Assembly (NCBI GenBank): GCA_043802425.1
Contig: JAZDLA010000013.1
Location: 1-50,014, forward strand
DNA length: 50,014 nucleotides
From: Candidatus Omnitrophota bacterium
GTDB taxonomy: Bacteria > Omnitrophota > Gorgyraeia > Gygaellales > Profunditerraquicolaceae
Direction: 5' to 3'
The notes under the pieces were generated by a model that did no database searches, was not told the DNA's origin, and worked only from the letters and a program-made list of their open reading frames with translations. Of the stretch, positions 1 to 6,788 are shown in pieces. The position numbers were made by a program, and so were the translations under genes. Numbering within the stretch: position 1 is the stretch's first letter; each line of letters opens with the position of its first letter.

Positions 1-24
1 TAACAAGGGAAAGGAGGCCGTAGG

Positions 25-669
25 ATGAAAAAGCAAGCGTTTACATTGATAGAACTCGTCTTGGTGGTTGTGGTACTAGGTATTTTAGCAACTATAGCTA
101 TCCCTACTTATGAAAATATTATTGCGGATTCGGAATCAAGGGTATGCCAAACAAATTTAGAGGCCCTGGATAACGCCTTGGATATTTATGTCATGTCTCA
201 TGATGTGATGCCGGGAAGTTTAAGTGAACTTACTCCGCAAGACATACAAAAAGCCTATGCGCATATTTTGCAGCAAAAAGGCGCCTGGAGGGTAAGGCTC
301 GCCTATTATATAATAGGTTGGAAGCAGAGGGGTTTGGCTTACGCCTCTCTTCTAAGTGACATAGCAGAGGGTAATTTAAAACTGATTACCTGTCCTTCCG
401 ATGATACGCCTCCGCCTGCAGGTGTCTCTTATGGGCTCAATAGCATCCTTAAGAATATGAATAATAAAAACTATAGGGATATTCCGGGCGATACCGCAAT
501 TATTGGTGACTGCCAGACTAGTGAGTTTACTGAGGAAACTACTTTAGAAGCCCGGCACGAGAAGCAGAGTATTTTGACTTTGACTAAAGAAACCAGCGCA
601 AAGGTTATTACTAAAAATAAGAAAGTCGAAAAGATGAAGATAGGAAAGAAAAGCATCTTTAATCGCTAA
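25..669 (+). CDS. Prepilin-type N-terminal cleavage/methylation domain protein (pseudopilin-like)
   Basis: N-terminus MKKQAFTLIELVLVVVVLGILATIAIP is a class III (type IV pilin) signal: short basic leader, A at -1, F at +1, E at +5, then a hydrophobic helix. AAGGAGG Shine-Dalgarno at 11-17. C-terminal CPSD...SYGLNS motifs recall DUF1559-like pseudopilin families (from memory, unverified). Confidence 0.75.
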   Translation: MKKQAFTLIELVLVVVVLGILATIAIPTYENIIADSESRVCQTNLEALDNALDIYVMSHDVMPGSLSELTPQDIQKAYAHILQQKGAWRVRLAYYIIGWKQRGLAYASLLSDIAEGNLKLITCPSDDTPPPAGVSYGLNSILKNMNNKNYRDIPGDTAIIGDCQTSEFTEETTLEARHEKQSILTLTKETSAKVITKNKKVEKMKIGKKSIFNR

Positions 670-749
670 TCGCACGCGGACCCGCAGGCAGCGCAGGTAA
701 TAAGGCGGATTATTAAAAAAATTATATTCGCGGAATAAAATTTATATAG

Positions 750-3056
750 TTGAAAAGGGATAGTGAGGGACTAAGGTTTTTATTTATTGGTCTTTGTGCG
801 GCTATAATTATTTACTCCTATCATTCGATTGCCCCGCCTCATATTTGGCAAAGCATTAATGATATTTCTCTCCGGTATATTTATTCTCTTTCCCGAAAGT
901 CGATTCAGTTCCCTAAATTTATAGGCATAGCTGTTGACGAGTACTCTTTAGACAAAATTCCACAGCGTTGGCCATGGAAGAGGTCGCTCTATGCCCAGCT
1001 CCTAAAAATTTTAGAGAAGGAAAAGTTAAATACCGTTGGATTTGACTTTGTTTTTTTGGGTGAATCCGAAGACAAAGATGATGACCGCCTTTTAAAAGAG
1101 GCATTAGATAGCGCTTCTGGCCGGGTAGTCCTGACCTACTTTCTTGATTTTGAGAAGTTGGTCCCTGTTTTACCTTTAGCTCAATTTCAGGAATCCGCCT
1201 ATGCCTTGGGCATGCTTAATACTCCCGTAGATGGCGATGGTAATACCCGTAGGCTCAGAGGTTATCTGGGAGTAAAGGGTGTTTCTTATTATTCTTTCTC
1301 TGTGGCGCTCTCCGCCTCATTTCTTAAACAAAACCCCAAAGATTTAATTCCTCTTCTGCCCCTTGCTAAGGATCGAACCTTTTTTATCAATTATCTCTTA
1401 AAGCCGAAAGACATTATAACCTTAAGCTTTTATGACGTTATTACAGATCTGGAAGGATTAAAGCAGCGTTACGGAAATGATTTTTTAAGGGACGCTCTGG
1501 TTTTGGTTTATCCTGAGGCAGAGATTTTGCATGATACATACAACACCCCTCTAGGGAAGATGCCCGGAGGGATCTTGCACCTAAACGGGGCAGCAAATAT
1601 CATTTCAGGGCGCCTGTTGAAGGAGAATAATATCCTGCTGGTTACATTTTTGATATTTTCTTTCCTGCTTATATTTTATATCCTTAGATATTGCAGCCTT
1701 ATTATGGGCGTGTTGTTTACGCTCGGAGTTTTTGCCCTTAATTTTTGGGGGTTGGTATTCTTGAGCTTAAAAGGATTAAAATTCGATTATGCATCTGTTG
1801 TTATTTTTAGTCTTACTTTTTTTATCTTGGGTAATTTATATAGATATACCCATTACTTAACGCAAATTCTCAAGATAAAAGACAGGGCTACGTTAGATCC
1901 CTTTACAACCCTTTTTACTTTAAGGTATTTCTATTATCGCCTGGTGCTAGAGAGGAAAAAGATTTATTTTCATAAGGACCTGTTTCTAGTAGTTATATAC
2001 CTTGAGTCATTTAAAGAACTATCCGAGAATATGCCCTTAGAGAAAATAAGGGATATCTGGCAGAAGATTGCTTTAGCTGTTTCATCGAAAGGTATCCTCT
2101 GGTCAGTATATTCACAGGATGAGCTGGCGGGTTGTATTGTCGGCTCGCAGGCAGGTACTAGACGCGGGATCGATTCTCTAAAAAATAGCCTGGGGGCACT
2201 TTTATATAGGAAGGATATCAAGCCCAAAATAAAATTCGCTTACGTAAAACTAAAGAAACATTACCCTGCCAAGGAGCTGCTTTTTATCCTGTCGAGTGAG
2301 TTAAAAAAGAAGAAGAGAGAAATAGTATTATTTGAAGATTACGATTTAGCTAAGCTTTTAGAATCTTCTGGTTCAGAGGTAAAACAATCCGGCAAGATTC
2401 TGGATATTCTCGATCAAGACATTGAGGAGCGCAATAGGCAGCTTTTGTCTTTAGTTCAGGATTTAAATAAAGAACACGCCAAAACCAAAGAGGCATTTTT
2501 CCAGATAATCGGCTCTTTAGTAAACGCCTTAGAAGCGCGTGATTCTTATACCGAAGGACATTCACAAAGAGTGGCTAATTATGCTTTGATGATAGCGGAA
2601 AAACTAAATTGGCCTACGGAACAAAAAGAAAAACTTAAAAAAGCAGCCCTTCTTCACGATTTGGGTAAAATCGGTATTCCCGATAAAATCTTGCATAAAA
2701 GAGAACGGCTAACTGAGGAAGAATATGATGTTATTAAAAAGCATGAGATTTTTGCCGTAAATATACTTGAGCCGTTGAAGGACTTAAGTGAAATCTTGCC
2801 TTGGATTTTATACCACCATGAAAGGTGGGATGGTAAGGGGTATCCGCATGGTTTAGCTGGCGATGCGATACCAGAGGCCGCCCAGATTATTTCCCTGGCA
2901 GATGTATTCGACGCCCTTACTACCGGCAGGGATTATAAGGTGGCGTTTGCTGTTAATGATTCAATAAGAGAGCTAATCAAAAATAAAGGCACGCAATTTA
3001 ATCCCCGGCTTACAGATGTCTTCGTGGAGGTCATCTTAAATCCCCGGCCGAAATAA
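750..3056 (+). CDS. CHASE2 sensor / transmembrane / degenerate GGDEF-like / HD-GYP c-di-GMP phosphodiesterase
   Basis: N-terminal CHASE2-like extracytoplasmic region, then a cluster of TM helices (LLVTFLIFSFLLIFYIL..., GVLFTLGVFALNFWGLVFLSL...). A GGDEF-fold-like segment has SQDELAG where GGDEF would sit. C-terminal HD-GYP motifs are present: HSQRVA, LHDLGKIGIPD, HHERWDGKGYPHGL. TTG start with no clear SD, so the start is uncertain. Confidence 0.8.
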   Translation: MKRDSEGLRFLFIGLCAAIIIYSYHSIAPPHIWQSINDISLRYIYSLSRKSIQFPKFIGIAVDEYSLDKIPQRWPWKRSLYAQLLKILEKEKLNTVGFDFVFLGESEDKDDDRLLKEALDSASGRVVLTYFLDFEKLVPVLPLAQFQESAYALGMLNTPVDGDGNTRRLRGYLGVKGVSYYSFSVALSASFLKQNPKDLIPLLPLAKDRTFFINYLLKPKDIITLSFYDVITDLEGLKQRYGNDFLRDALVLVYPEAEILHDTYNTPLGKMPGGILHLNGAANIISGRLLKENNILLVTFLIFSFLLIFYILRYCSLIMGVLFTLGVFALNFWGLVFLSLKGLKFDYASVVIFSLTFFILGNLYRYTHYLTQILKIKDRATLDPFTTLFTLRYFYYRLVLERKKIYFHKDLFLVVIYLESFKELSENMPLEKIRDIWQKIALAVSSKGILWSVYSQDELAGCIVGSQAGTRRGIDSLKNSLGALLYRKDIKPKIKFAYVKLKKHYPAKELLFILSSELKKKKREIVLFEDYDLAKLLESSGSEVKQSGKILDILDQDIEERNRQLLSLVQDLNKEHAKTKEAFFQIIGSLVNALEARDSYTEGHSQRVANYALMIAEKLNWPTEQKEKLKKAALLHDLGKIGIPDKILHKRERLTEEEYDVIKKHEIFAVNILEPLKDLSEILPWILYHHERWDGKGYPHGLAGDAIPEAAQIISLADVFDALTTGRDYKVAFAVNDSIRELIKNKGTQFNPRLTDVFVEVILNPRPK

Positions 3057-3079
3057 AGATAATTTTATTAAGAATTTGT

Positions 3080-3107
3080 TTGACTTGGGAGGAAAATATG
3101 TTATACT
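3080..3107 (+). promoter_or_regulatory. Sigma70-type promoter candidate (TTGACT, 16 nt, TGnTATACT) upstream of rplM
   Basis: TTGACT at 3080-3085 and extended -10 TGTTATACT at 3099-3107. The same AATATGTTATACTT -10 region recurs at 44719-44731. It would place the TSS only about 3 nt before the rplM ATG. Confidence 0.5.
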
Positions 3108-3116
3108 TTATGTTCT

Positions 3117-3548
3117 ATGCAAAAGACATATGTAGCTAAAAAAGAGGATATCAAAAGGCAATGGTATCTGGTGGATGCCAAGGATAAAATACTAGGCAGG
3201 CTTGCTGTCAAAGTAGCGGTAATCTTAAGGGGCAAGCATAAGGCCATATTCACGCCCCACGTAGATACCGGAGATGGCGTCATTGTCATCAATGCTGCGA
3301 AAGTAAGGGTTACGGGCAGAAAGCTCAAGCAGAAGATTTATCGCCGTTTTTCAGGTTATCCGGGCGGATTAAAGGAAGTGCCTTTGGCGACTATGCTCAA
3401 GAATAGGCCGGTAACTGTAGTGAGATTGGCGATAGAGCGTATGTTACCCAGCGGACCACTGGGAAGCGATATCGTAAAGAAATTAAAGGTCTATGCGGAT
3501 GATAAACACCCGCATAAGTCGCAAAACCCTATTTTCCTGGAGGCTTAA
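3117..3548 (+). CDS. rplM: 50S ribosomal protein L13
   Basis: MQKTYVAKKEDIKRQWYLVDAKDKILGRLA matches the canonical L13 N-terminus (E. coli [29 protein letters not shown], from memory). Length 143 aa. Followed by rpsI as in the conserved rplM-rpsI operon. Confidence 0.95.
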   Translation: MQKTYVAKKEDIKRQWYLVDAKDKILGRLAVKVAVILRGKHKAIFTPHVDTGDGVIVINAAKVRVTGRKLKQKIYRRFSGYPGGLKEVPLATMLKNRPVTVVRLAIERMLPSGPLGSDIVKKLKVYADDKHPHKSQNPIFLEA

Positions 3549-3555
3549 CTTAGAT

Positions 3556-3951
3556 ATGGAGCAGGTGACTAAATATACGGCAATAGGCAGGCGTAAAGAG
3601 GCAGTAGCCAGGATCTGGCTTTTACCGGGCAGCGGAAATATTGTAATTAATGAGAAGCCATACGATAAATATTTCATCAGAGAGACAGACCAAATTATTA
3701 TCAAGCAACCCTTAGAAATGACTAGTACCTTGACTAAATACGACGTCAAAGCTAATATCAGAGGAGGCGGACTTACCGGACAGGCAGGTGCTTTTCGGCA
3801 AGGGATTGCCCGGGCGCTCATTTTGGCAGACCCGGCCCTGAAGGATGTCTTACGCAAGCAGGGTTTTCTGACCCGTGACTCGCGCATGAAAGAGCGTAAG
3901 AAGTACGGCCAGAAGGGCGCACGCAAACGCTTCCAGTGGACAAAGAGGTAG
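3556..3951 (+). CDS. rpsI: 30S ribosomal protein S9
   Basis: The track ORF starts at 3493, inside rplM. ATG at 3556 gives MEQVTKYTAIGRRKEAVARIWL..., the usual S9 N-terminus. The basic C-terminal tail ...GARKRFQWTKR is S9-like. Confidence 0.93.
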   Translation: MEQVTKYTAIGRRKEAVARIWLLPGSGNIVINEKPYDKYFIRETDQIIIKQPLEMTSTLTKYDVKANIRGGGLTGQAGAFRQGIARALILADPALKDVLRKQGFLTRDSRMKERKKYGQKGARKRFQWTKR

Positions 3952-3959
3952 GCTATGAG

Positions 3960-3991
3960 TTAGAACGTTAGAACATTAGAACGCTAGAATG
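3960..3991. repeat. Tandem octamer repeat TTAGAACN x4
   Basis: ttagaacg ttagaaca ttagaacg ctagaatg read directly, starting 9 nt after the rpsI stop. Confidence 0.85.
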
Positions 3992-3995
3992 CTAA

Positions 3996-4022
3996 GTCCC
4001 ACTGGAAGGTGGGATTTTTTTA
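3996..4022 (+). terminator. Rho-independent terminator after rpsI
   Basis: Stem tcccac (3997-4002) / gtggga (4009-4014), 6-nt loop, then T7 run at 4015-4021. Confidence 0.7.
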
Positions 4023-4050
4023 TTTTATACATAATCAATATTAATAACGA

Positions 4051-4293
4051 CAATTTAGGGTTTCGTTCTAAAAGCGCTTGAAATTTTTTGTCGTAGACTT
4101 CGGTTTCCACCTACGCTCTTTTTAGAGCTTCGGTGGACCCGCCGTAGCTAAAGATAAAAGTACTTTAGCGAAGGCGGGACTTCTTGCTTACGCCAGTAGA
4201 CTTACGTAAGGCAAGCGTGCTCCAGCTCGTCGTAAAACCTTGCAGACATTTGCCAAAAAATTTCTAATGCGCTTTCAAACTTCAACCCTAAAT
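4051..4293. repeat. 243-bp unit bounded by ~40-nt imperfect inverted repeats (MITE-like element or long structured RNA)
   Basis: The reverse complement of 4053-4090 (caaaaaatttcaagcgcttttagaacgaaaccctaaat) aligns with 4254-4293 (caaaaaatttctaatgcgctttcaaacttcaaccctaaat) in three helical blocks. Internal hairpins include cttgcttacg/cgtaaggcaag and cccgcc/ggcggg. No ORF. Confidence 0.5.
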
Positions 4294-4312
4294 TTTATAG
4301 ATTGATATATAT

Positions 4313-4513
4313 TTAGCGGGTGGCTTAGGCTGATTTCCCTGCCTGCCGGCAGGCAGGGAGCGGGGCGTCCGAGGAACATAAAGCGGGCATGGTTCACCCG
4401 CTATAAAAATTATCGGTGAGAGCGAAGGTCCTAAAGGCCGAGCGAAATTTTGCCTCAGCTTTAGGCAAAATGAGCTCACCCCGCGAGAAACAGGCCAAGA
4501 CAGGACCCGCTAA
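4313..4513 (+). ncRNA. Candidate ~200-nt multi-hairpin structured RNA, family unknown
   Basis: A 9-bp closing stem ttagcgggt (4313-4321) / acccgctaa (4505-4513) encloses three hairpins. These are the 22-nt perfect palindrome (4337-4358), agcggg/cccgct (4382-4402), and a 9-bp attttgcct/aggcaaaat stem (4447-4471) nested in ggtgag/ctcacc (4415-4480). Strand and expression are unknown. Confidence 0.25.
4337..4358. repeat. Perfect 22-nt GC-rich palindrome CCCTGCCTGCCGGCAGGCAGGG (REP-like)
   Basis: Read directly. A near-identical copy lies at 7663-7682, with partial copies at 2147-2161 and 41973-41992. Confidence 0.9.
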
Positions 4514-4560
4514 AAGTTAAGCGATCTATATAATCACCATAACTCCCGACGAGAAAATGC

Positions 4561-4589
4561 TTGACTACCGTCGGTTTTTATCCTAATAT
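4561..4589 (+). promoter_or_regulatory. Sigma70-type promoter candidate for the arg operon
   Basis: TTGACT (4561-4566), 17-nt spacer, TAATAT (4584-4589). AAGGAG SD precedes the argC ATG at 4618. Confidence 0.55.
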
Positions 4590-4617
4590 GAAATAGCTAT
4601 AACAAAAGGAGCATTAA

Positions 4618-5640
4618 ATGCTAAAAGTAGGTATCGTTGGCGCAACCGGATATGCCGGCGAGGAATTAATCGGCATCCTTTTAAGGCACCCTGAGGTTCA
4701 AATAACTAGCCTCTCTGCCAAGATAGATCAGGCGCAGGAAATCTCTAGCTTATTTCCCAGGTTCTCCGGGAAGGTCTCCCTGATTTGTAAAGAGCCGGAT
4801 ATAAAAGAGATTGTTGCCAAGTGCGACCTGGTGTTTTTGGCCTTGCCCCATACTGTTTCTATGGAGATGGCGCCTAAATTATTAAAGGCAGGCAAAAAAG
4901 TAATCGACTTAAGCGCTGATTACAGGCTAAAGGATACTCAGACTTACGCGCAATTTTATAAAATCAAGCATAAAGATAAAATAAATCTGGTGAAAGCGAT
5001 ATATGGCTTACCCGAACTCTACCGGGAGAAGATTAAGCATGCCCGGCTTATCGCTAATCCGGGTTGTTATCCTACGGCAGCGATATTGGGCCTAGCGCCC
5101 CTGGTAGCTTTTAATCTCGTGGATTTAGGGTTCGTAATTATAGATGCCAAGTCCGGAGTAACCGGCGCAGGAAAAAAAGTAGCGGAGAATTTTCTCTTTT
5201 CGGAAATCAACGAAGATTTTAAGGCCTACAAGATAAATATACACCAGCATATGCCGGAGATTAACCAGGAACTCTCAAAGTTAGCAGGGGACAAAATAAA
5301 AGTTACTTTTGTGCCGCACCTGTTACCTTTGAATAGGGGGATTTTAGAGACCATATATGTGAAGAAAAGCCAAAAGCCAAAAGCCAAAAGCCAAAAGCTG
5401 GTTAGTCTATACCAAAAGTTCTACAAGAAGGAGCCGTTTGTAAGAATCAGAAACGAAGGAGATTTCCCTAAGATTAAAGACGTGGTGGGAACGAATTTCT
5501 GCGATATAGGGATAAAGGATGATCAGGATAATATAATTATCATCTCTACCATAGATAATTTATGGAAGGGCGCGTCTGGCCAGGCAGTGCAGAATATGAA
5601 TATTATGTATAAGTTTCCCGAATATAGCGCCTTACTATGA
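4618..5640 (+). CDS. argC: N-acetyl-gamma-glutamyl-phosphate reductase
   Basis: VGIVGATGYAGEEL NAD(P) motif, active-site ANPGCYPTA, and arg operon context. Carries an in-frame heptamer-repeat insertion (KSQKPKAKSQK). Confidence 0.95.
   Translation: MLKVGIVGATGYAGEELIGILLRHPEVQITSLSAKIDQAQEISSLFPRFSGKVSLICKEPDIKEIVAKCDLVFLALPHTVSMEMAPKLLKAGKKVIDLSADYRLKDTQTYAQFYKIKHKDKINLVKAIYGLPELYREKIKHARLIANPGCYPTAAILGLAPLVAFNLVDLGFVIIDAKSGVTGAGKKVAENFLFSEINEDFKAYKINIHQHMPEINQELSKLAGDKIKVTFVPHLLPLNRGILETIYVKKSQKPKAKSQKLVSLYQKFYKKEPFVRIRNEGDFPKIKDVVGTNFCDIGIKDDQDNIIIISTIDNLWKGASGQAVQNMNIMYKFPEYSALL
5365..5399. repeat. Tandem heptamer AAAAGCC x5 inside argC
   Basis: aaaagcc x4 plus aaaagct read directly. 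Translated in frame as KSQKPKAKSQK. Confidence 0.9.
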
Positions 5641-6776
5641 AGGTATATAAAAAAGCGGTTTTACCTTTAGGTTTTAAAGCCAGCGGCATAGCTTCAGGCA
5701 TAAAAAAGTCGGGCAAGCTGGATTTGGCACTACTTTATTCTGGTATCCCTGCTAAGGCTAGCTGCCTGTTTACCGCCAATAAGATTCAGGCAGCACCCAT
5801 ACAGGTGAATAAAATGCACCTTAAAGATAATAAAAAATATCAGGCTATAATCGTAAATAGCGGTAATGCCAATTGCTTTACCGCAGAAGCCGGTTTAAGG
5901 GATGCGCAGGAAATAGCCAGGAGTTTAGCTAAAGCTTTAAAGGTCAAGAATAATAATGTTCTGGTTGCTTCTACTGGGATTATCGCTAGAAGATTACCGT
6001 TGCTTAAAATTAAAAAAGCTTTACCTGAATTAATTAAGAAGTTATCCGGGACAGGAACAGATAAGGCAAAATTAGCCATCATGACTACGGACACATTTGC
6101 TAAAGAACTTACAGTAAAATTCAATCTCGGCAGCCGAATGATTACCATTTGCGGTATGGCCAAGGGCGCAGGTATGATTGCCCCGAATATGGCCACGATG
6201 CTGTCGTTTATCCTCACGGATGCCGTGATTAGCCAGCAAGCCTTAAATCAGGCCCTGAGAGTTTGCGTGGATAATTCTTTCAATTGCATAACTGTTGATG
6301 GTTGCATGAGCACAAACGATAGCGTAATGATGTTAGCCAATGGCGCCGCGAAAAATACCTTAATAGACGATAAGGGTAGGAATTTCCATATCTTTACTAA
6401 GGCCTTACAAATAGTCTGTGCTGAGTTAGCCAAGATGATTATCCATGATGCCGAAGGCGCCACTAAGTTTATTCAGATCCGGGTAGCGCAGGCAAAAAAC
6501 TTTAAACAGGCAAGGCGGGCAGCTTTGAGTATTGCCAATTCCAATCTTTTTAAGACTGCCATGTATGGCCAGAATCCTAATTTCGGCAGAATAATTTCTG
6601 CGCTAGGCGCAAGCGGCATAGATGTAAAAGAGAAAGATATCAAGATAAGGGTGAGCCCTTTAAAGAAAAAAGAAATAAATGTAGGCGTATTTCTTAACCG
6701 GGGGAGTGCCAGCGCCTTAGTCTATACTTCGGACCTGACTCCGGAATATATTAAGATTAACGCAGAATATAACTAA
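5637..6776 (+). CDS. argJ: Bifunctional ornithine acetyltransferase / N-acetylglutamate synthase
   Basis: ArgJ autoproteolysis site context PNMATMLSFILTDA. ATGA overlap with the argC stop. Operon context. Confidence 0.95.
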   Translation: MKVYKKAVLPLGFKASGIASGIKKSGKLDLALLYSGIPAKASCLFTANKIQAAPIQVNKMHLKDNKKYQAIIVNSGNANCFTAEAGLRDAQEIARSLAKALKVKNNNVLVASTGIIARRLPLLKIKKALPELIKKLSGTGTDKAKLAIMTTDTFAKELTVKFNLGSRMITICGMAKGAGMIAPNMATMLSFILTDAVISQQALNQALRVCVDNSFNCITVDGCMSTNDSVMMLANGAAKNTLIDDKGRNFHIFTKALQIVCAELAKMIIHDAEGATKFIQIRVAQAKNFKQARRAALSIANSNLFKTAMYGQNPNFGRIISALGASGIDVKEKDIKIRVSPLKKKEINVGVFLNRGSASALVYTSDLTPEYIKINAEYN

Positions 6777-6788
6777 GGAAAGAATGTC

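Noticed and set aside
3493-3555. Longer N-terminal extensions offered by the ORF track for rpsI (3493), the TonB-like gene (26208), the second pilin (35642) and the DsbD_2-like gene (40166)
   Set aside because: The extensions overlap the preceding genes and encode non-homologous sequence. Internal ATGs at 3556, 26265, 35699 and 40241 give the family-typical N-termini and sensible stop/start junctions.
4288-4479. 63-aa minus-strand ORF, the only ORF in the large gap
   Set aside because: It is a Pro/Gly/Arg-rich translation of the GC palindrome and hairpins. It has no SD and no plausible fold, and it spans several stem-loops.
4313-4513. Known housekeeping RNAs (RNase P RNA, SRP/4.5S RNA, tmRNA, 6S RNA) in the 666-bp gap
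   Set aside because: I found no GGAAAGUCC-type P4 strand. ACAGGACCCGCUAA only loosely resembles the RNase P 3' region, and the unit is too short. There is no GGAAGCAGCC SRP motif, no tRNA-like tmRNA ends, and no rod with a central bubble. It is kept only as an unassigned candidate.
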